Shown: positions 18,077 to 20,644 of the stretch, piece by piece
Position numbering within the stretch: position 1 is the first letter of the stretch
Layout: each line of letters opens with the position of its first letter
Assembly (NCBI GenBank): GCA_964565725.1
Contig: CAZMGA010000012.1
Span: 1-20,644, forward strand
Reading direction: 5' to 3'
DNA: 20,644 nucleotides
Origin: an uncultured archaeon
Lineage (GTDB): Archaea; Iainarchaeota; Iainarchaeia; Iainarchaeales; 0-14-0-20-30-16
The notes under the pieces: generated by a model
The model's input: only the letters and a program-made list of their open reading frames with translations
The model's database searches: none
Told to the model about the DNA's origin: nothing
Position numbers and translations under genes: made by a program

Positions 18077-19075
18077 TTAATTTGTTATATTTCTAAAATA
18101 GGCATAATATTTATTCATAAATTCAGAAATTGATATTATATTTGGAGTTTCCTTTGCAATTTGTTTTCCTATAGTTATGCCCCACATATATTTTTCAGGG
18201 CTTGTTGTTAATAATTTGTCAGGTATATTATTTTTATACAATACATATGTAGTTAATGCATTCACTAATGTTTCATCATGTGTATTTAAATTATGTTGTT
18301 CTAAGATATTGTGAATATATTCATGAATTACTACATGTGTTAAATATTTTCCCTCAAAAATATAACTTCGCTTGTTCATATAAATACCATAAGTCCTAGT
18401 ATTATCAATATTTTCAAAAAAATTAGTGATTCCTTTGCCTTTATTGTTAGATATTTCGAATAATTTAACAAAATAACCTACTGCGCTTAAACCATCACTT
18501 ATACAGTTAGTATATATATTTTTAAATAATAATTCAAAAGCATCACCAAAATATTTAAAAGTTAAATTTCTATTATAATTTTTATTATTTAAACCCATTT
18601 TTAATAAAATATTATCTGCCAAATCTAAAACAGGTGTTATTTCTGATTTACTTATATTAAATCTTTTATTTAATTCTTGTAATTCTTCTCGAGTTAGATT
18701 AGATCTAATTTTATTAATGCTTAATCTAATTTCTTTTAAGAACTGATAATTTATTATTTTATTGATTTTTTTTATGCCTTCAGTAAAATTAGTATTATCT
18801 TTTTCTAGTTTTTCATATATATCACGTTCTAAATGAAATATTATATCTTGAACTTCACCTGTGCTAATTGATTTATTTTTAAGTTTTTTAATTAAATTAG
18901 GAACTACTTTTTTAACATAATTTGTAATATATATTCGTCTTACAACTTCATTTTTAATTTTTCTAGTAAAAAATCTTTTTGATTCTTTAATTCTTTTAGC
19001 ATGCTCTTCTTTATGTTTCTTAATATATTCTGGAGTAAAATGTTCTCTTGCTTTGGCCATATTTAATATAGACAT
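18077..19075 (-). CDS. Putative zinc metallopeptidase-like protein (gluzincin pattern)
   Basis: THVVIHEYIHNILEQH (HExxH = HEYIH) followed by HDETLVNALTTYVLY, giving a plausible downstream Glu ligand; highly basic N-terminal helical region. Confidence 0.6.
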   Translation of the reverse strand: MSILNMAKAREHFTPEYIKKHKEEHAKRIKESKRFFTRKIKNEVVRRIYITNYVKKVVPNLIKKLKNKSISTGEVQDIIFHLERDIYEKLEKDNTNFTEGIKKINKIINYQFLKEIRLSINKIRSNLTREELQELNKRFNISKSEITPVLDLADNILLKMGLNNKNYNRNLTFKYFGDAFELLFKNIYTNCISDGLSAVGYFVKLFEISNNKGKGITNFFENIDNTRTYGIYMNKRSYIFEGKYLTHVVIHEYIHNILEQHNLNTHDETLVNALTTYVLYKNNIPDKLLTTSPEKYMWGITIGKQIAKETPNIISISEFMNKYYAYFRNITN

Positions 19076-19159
19076 TATCTATTTAAATAATTATTTAATA
19101 AACATATTATTTTATATATCTGTTTAATATATTTTATTATTAATTTTGAGGGGGATATT

Positions 19160-19555
19160 ATGGCAATTAATAAATCAAAAAAATCAAAAGTTAAAAAACC
19201 AGCTAAAAAGGCAAATGATATAAAAACACAAAAATCTAAAACAATAAAACCAAAAGCACCAATTAAGTCTAAAAAACCTATTGTAAATAAAATGAAAAAA
19301 GAAGCGAAGCCTAAAAAAATAGCTAATCAAAAAAAAGTTAAAATAGATAAAAAATATGTAGAAGAAAAATTAACTTTAGTTTTGCAAGAATATGATAAAT
19401 CTAAAAAAGGAAAAATAATTTTAAATGATATTTTTATTAAAGATTTAAAAAAATATTTAGATAAATACTTTTCTAATTATACTTTAAAATTAATGGAAGA
19501 CTATTGTTTATTTACTATTGAAGATTTTGAAATAGAAATAGAATTAGAAAACTAA
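19160..19555 (+). CDS. Protein with histone-H1-like Lys/Pro/Ala-rich N-terminal tail and a short C-terminal domain
   Basis: MAINKSKKSKVKKPAKKANDIKTQKSKTIKPKAPIKSKKPIVNKMKKEAKPKK... then VEEKLTLVLQEYDKSKKGKIILNDIFIKDLKKYLDKYFSNYTLKLMEDYCLFTIEDFEIEIELEN. SD-like GAGGGGG at 19148-19154. Confidence 0.75.
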   Translation: MAINKSKKSKVKKPAKKANDIKTQKSKTIKPKAPIKSKKPIVNKMKKEAKPKKIANQKKVKIDKKYVEEKLTLVLQEYDKSKKGKIILNDIFIKDLKKYLDKYFSNYTLKLMEDYCLFTIEDFEIEIELEN

Positions 19556-19564
19556 TTCTATTTT

Positions 19565-19816
19565 TTATTTTCTTTTTTTACAATTACATTTTACCATTAA
19601 AAATACTATTAAAGCACCAATTGCACTTAATGCGTTAGCTATTGCTAATGGCAAATTAGTCTTATAACCATCTATTATTAATAATAAAATTCCTAAAAAT
19701 TGTAACCCTGCAAACATTTTACTAATATTATTATTTTTCTTTATTATTTTTATTATTTGAATAATCCAACTTATTATTATTAAACTTAAACCAATTATTG
19801 AAATATATGCTAACAT
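19565..19816 (-). CDS. Small 3-TM membrane protein, possibly SemiSWEET/PQ-loop-like
   Basis: MLAYISIIGLSLIIISWIIQIIKIIKKNNNISKMFAGLQFLGILLLIIDGYKTNLPLAIANALSAIGALIVFLM: three hydrophobic segments with a W..Q..KI.K.....S spacing like single PQ-loop repeats. The canonical PQ is absent (IQ instead). Confidence 0.5.
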   Translation of the reverse strand: MLAYISIIGLSLIIISWIIQIIKIIKKNNNISKMFAGLQFLGILLLIIDGYKTNLPLAIANALSAIGALIVFLMVKCNCKKRK

Positions 19817-19825
19817 ATCAATCTC

Positions 19826-19842
19826 CTATGCTCAAAGCATAG
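19826..19842. repeat. Short inverted repeat CTATGC-TCAAA-GCATAG
   Basis: 6-bp perfect stem with 5-nt loop, overlapping the SD-like AGGAG of the minus-strand gene that starts at 19816. Confidence 0.55.
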
Positions 19843-19843
19843 A

Positions 19844-19853
19844 TTATTTAAAA
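19844..19853 (+). promoter_or_regulatory. Putative TATA box for truD
   Basis: TTATTTAAAA centred about 25 nt upstream of ATG 19874, with no SD between them; consistent with a leaderless mRNA. Confidence 0.45.
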
Positions 19854-19873
19854 CCTATAAGTATAAATATATT

Positions 19874-20644
19874 ATGTATTTTACTAAAACTAAACCTTTA
19901 AAAGGAACAATAAAACATAGATATTCTGATTTTATAGTTAAAGAGATAGATTTAAATTCTAAAGTTTGTAGAACTGTTTCTGAAGATTTTAATGAAGAAA
20001 TAATTATCCCTGAGAATCCTCAAAATAAAAGTTATCTTCATTGCACAATGCAAAAAATTAACGTAGATGTACAAAATGCAATTAAAAGTCTATCTTTGTT
20101 TCTACAATGTGGAAAATCACGAATAAGTTTTGCGGGATTAAAAGATAAAAGAGGCATAACTAGTCAAAGAATATCTATTTTTGAGCCAAATATTGAAAAA
20201 TTAAAAACCTTTAAATATAAACAAATAAAATTATTTGATTTTTCTTGGGAAGATAATAAAATTGATTTAGGAAATTTAAATGGTAATGAATTTGTAATTA
20301 TAGTTAGAGATATTGATTTATCTAAAGAAGAAATTATGAAGTTATTTGATGATTTTAAATTACAAGTTAAAAAAGGCATACCAAATTATTTTGGAGAACA
20401 AAGATTTGGAGGTATAAGACAGATAACTCATAAAGTGGGGAAATTATTATTTGAAGGTAAAACTAAAGATGCTCTATTATTATATTTGGGGCAAACAAAT
20501 GATAAAGAAAGTGAAGAAATTAAAAGTGCAAGAGAATTAACAAAAGAAGGAAAATATGTTGAAGCTTTTAAAAAATTTAAAGGTAATGAATTTAGATATG
20601 AAAGAGCAATATTAAATTCTTTAATAAAAGAGCCAAATGATTTT
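19874..20644 (+). CDS. truD: tRNA pseudouridine synthase D, C-terminus beyond the window
   Basis: Not in the ORF track (edge-truncated). MYFTKTKPLKGTIKHRYSDFIVKEIDLN..., ISFAGLKDKRGITSQRISI, IPNYFGEQRFGG are TruD hallmarks; frame is open to the window end. Confidence 0.93.
   Translation, partial: MYFTKTKPLKGTIKHRYSDFIVKEIDLNSKVCRTVSEDFNEEIIIPENPQNKSYLHCTMQKINVDVQNAIKSLSLFLQCGKSRISFAGLKDKRGITSQRISIFEPNIEKLKTFKYKQIKLFDFSWEDNKIDLGNLNGNEFVIIVRDIDLSKEEIMKLFDDFKLQVKKGIPNYFGEQRFGGIRQITHKVGKLLFEGKTKDALLLYLGQTNDKESEEIKSARELTKEGKYVEAFKKFKGNEFRYERAILNSLIKEPNDF

Noticed and set aside
20164-20379. Minus-strand ORF in truD
   Set aside because: Antisense to a conserved TruD sequence that the track omitted only because it is edge-truncated.
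1-20644. CRISPR arrays, tRNA/rRNA genes, transposases or terminal inverted repeats of mobile elements
   Set aside because: None seen: no regularly spaced repeats, no tRNA-like GGTTCGAAxCC segments in intergenic gaps, and no transposase motifs in any listed ORF. A covariance-model scan would be needed to exclude divergent ncRNAs.

Overview
AT-rich window with archaeal gene content (PAC2-family protein, Alba, archaeal-type PheS/PheT, NurA-like nuclease, TruD, and a secretion ATPase with two FlaJ-like membrane proteins). The low GC and small-genome style of gene packing suggest a DPANN-type archaeon, but that placement is inference. Housekeeping genes recognised: alba, cysS, pheS, pheT, truD (cut off at the right edge), a Nudix hydrolase, and a NurA-like nuclease. 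Less ordinary content: (i) a 1433-aa predicted exported, C-terminally anchored protein between two polytopic membrane proteins (866-6411); (ii) a compact ATPase plus two half-size FlaJ/TadC-like proteins with no pilin nearby (10016-13167, minus strand); (iii) a protein with a histone-H1-like lysine-rich tail (19160-19555); (iv) a putative gluzincin-type metallopeptidase (18077-19075); (v) a 55-aa ORF absent from the supplied track (8311-8478, minus strand). There are also several compact regulatory-looking elements: shared TATA element, tandem 11-bp-spaced repeats, and hairpins. No tRNA, rRNA, CRISPR array or transposon was seen. The supplied ORF track omits edge-truncated and short ORFs; three of these are added. 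All family assignments come from reading motifs, without a database search.
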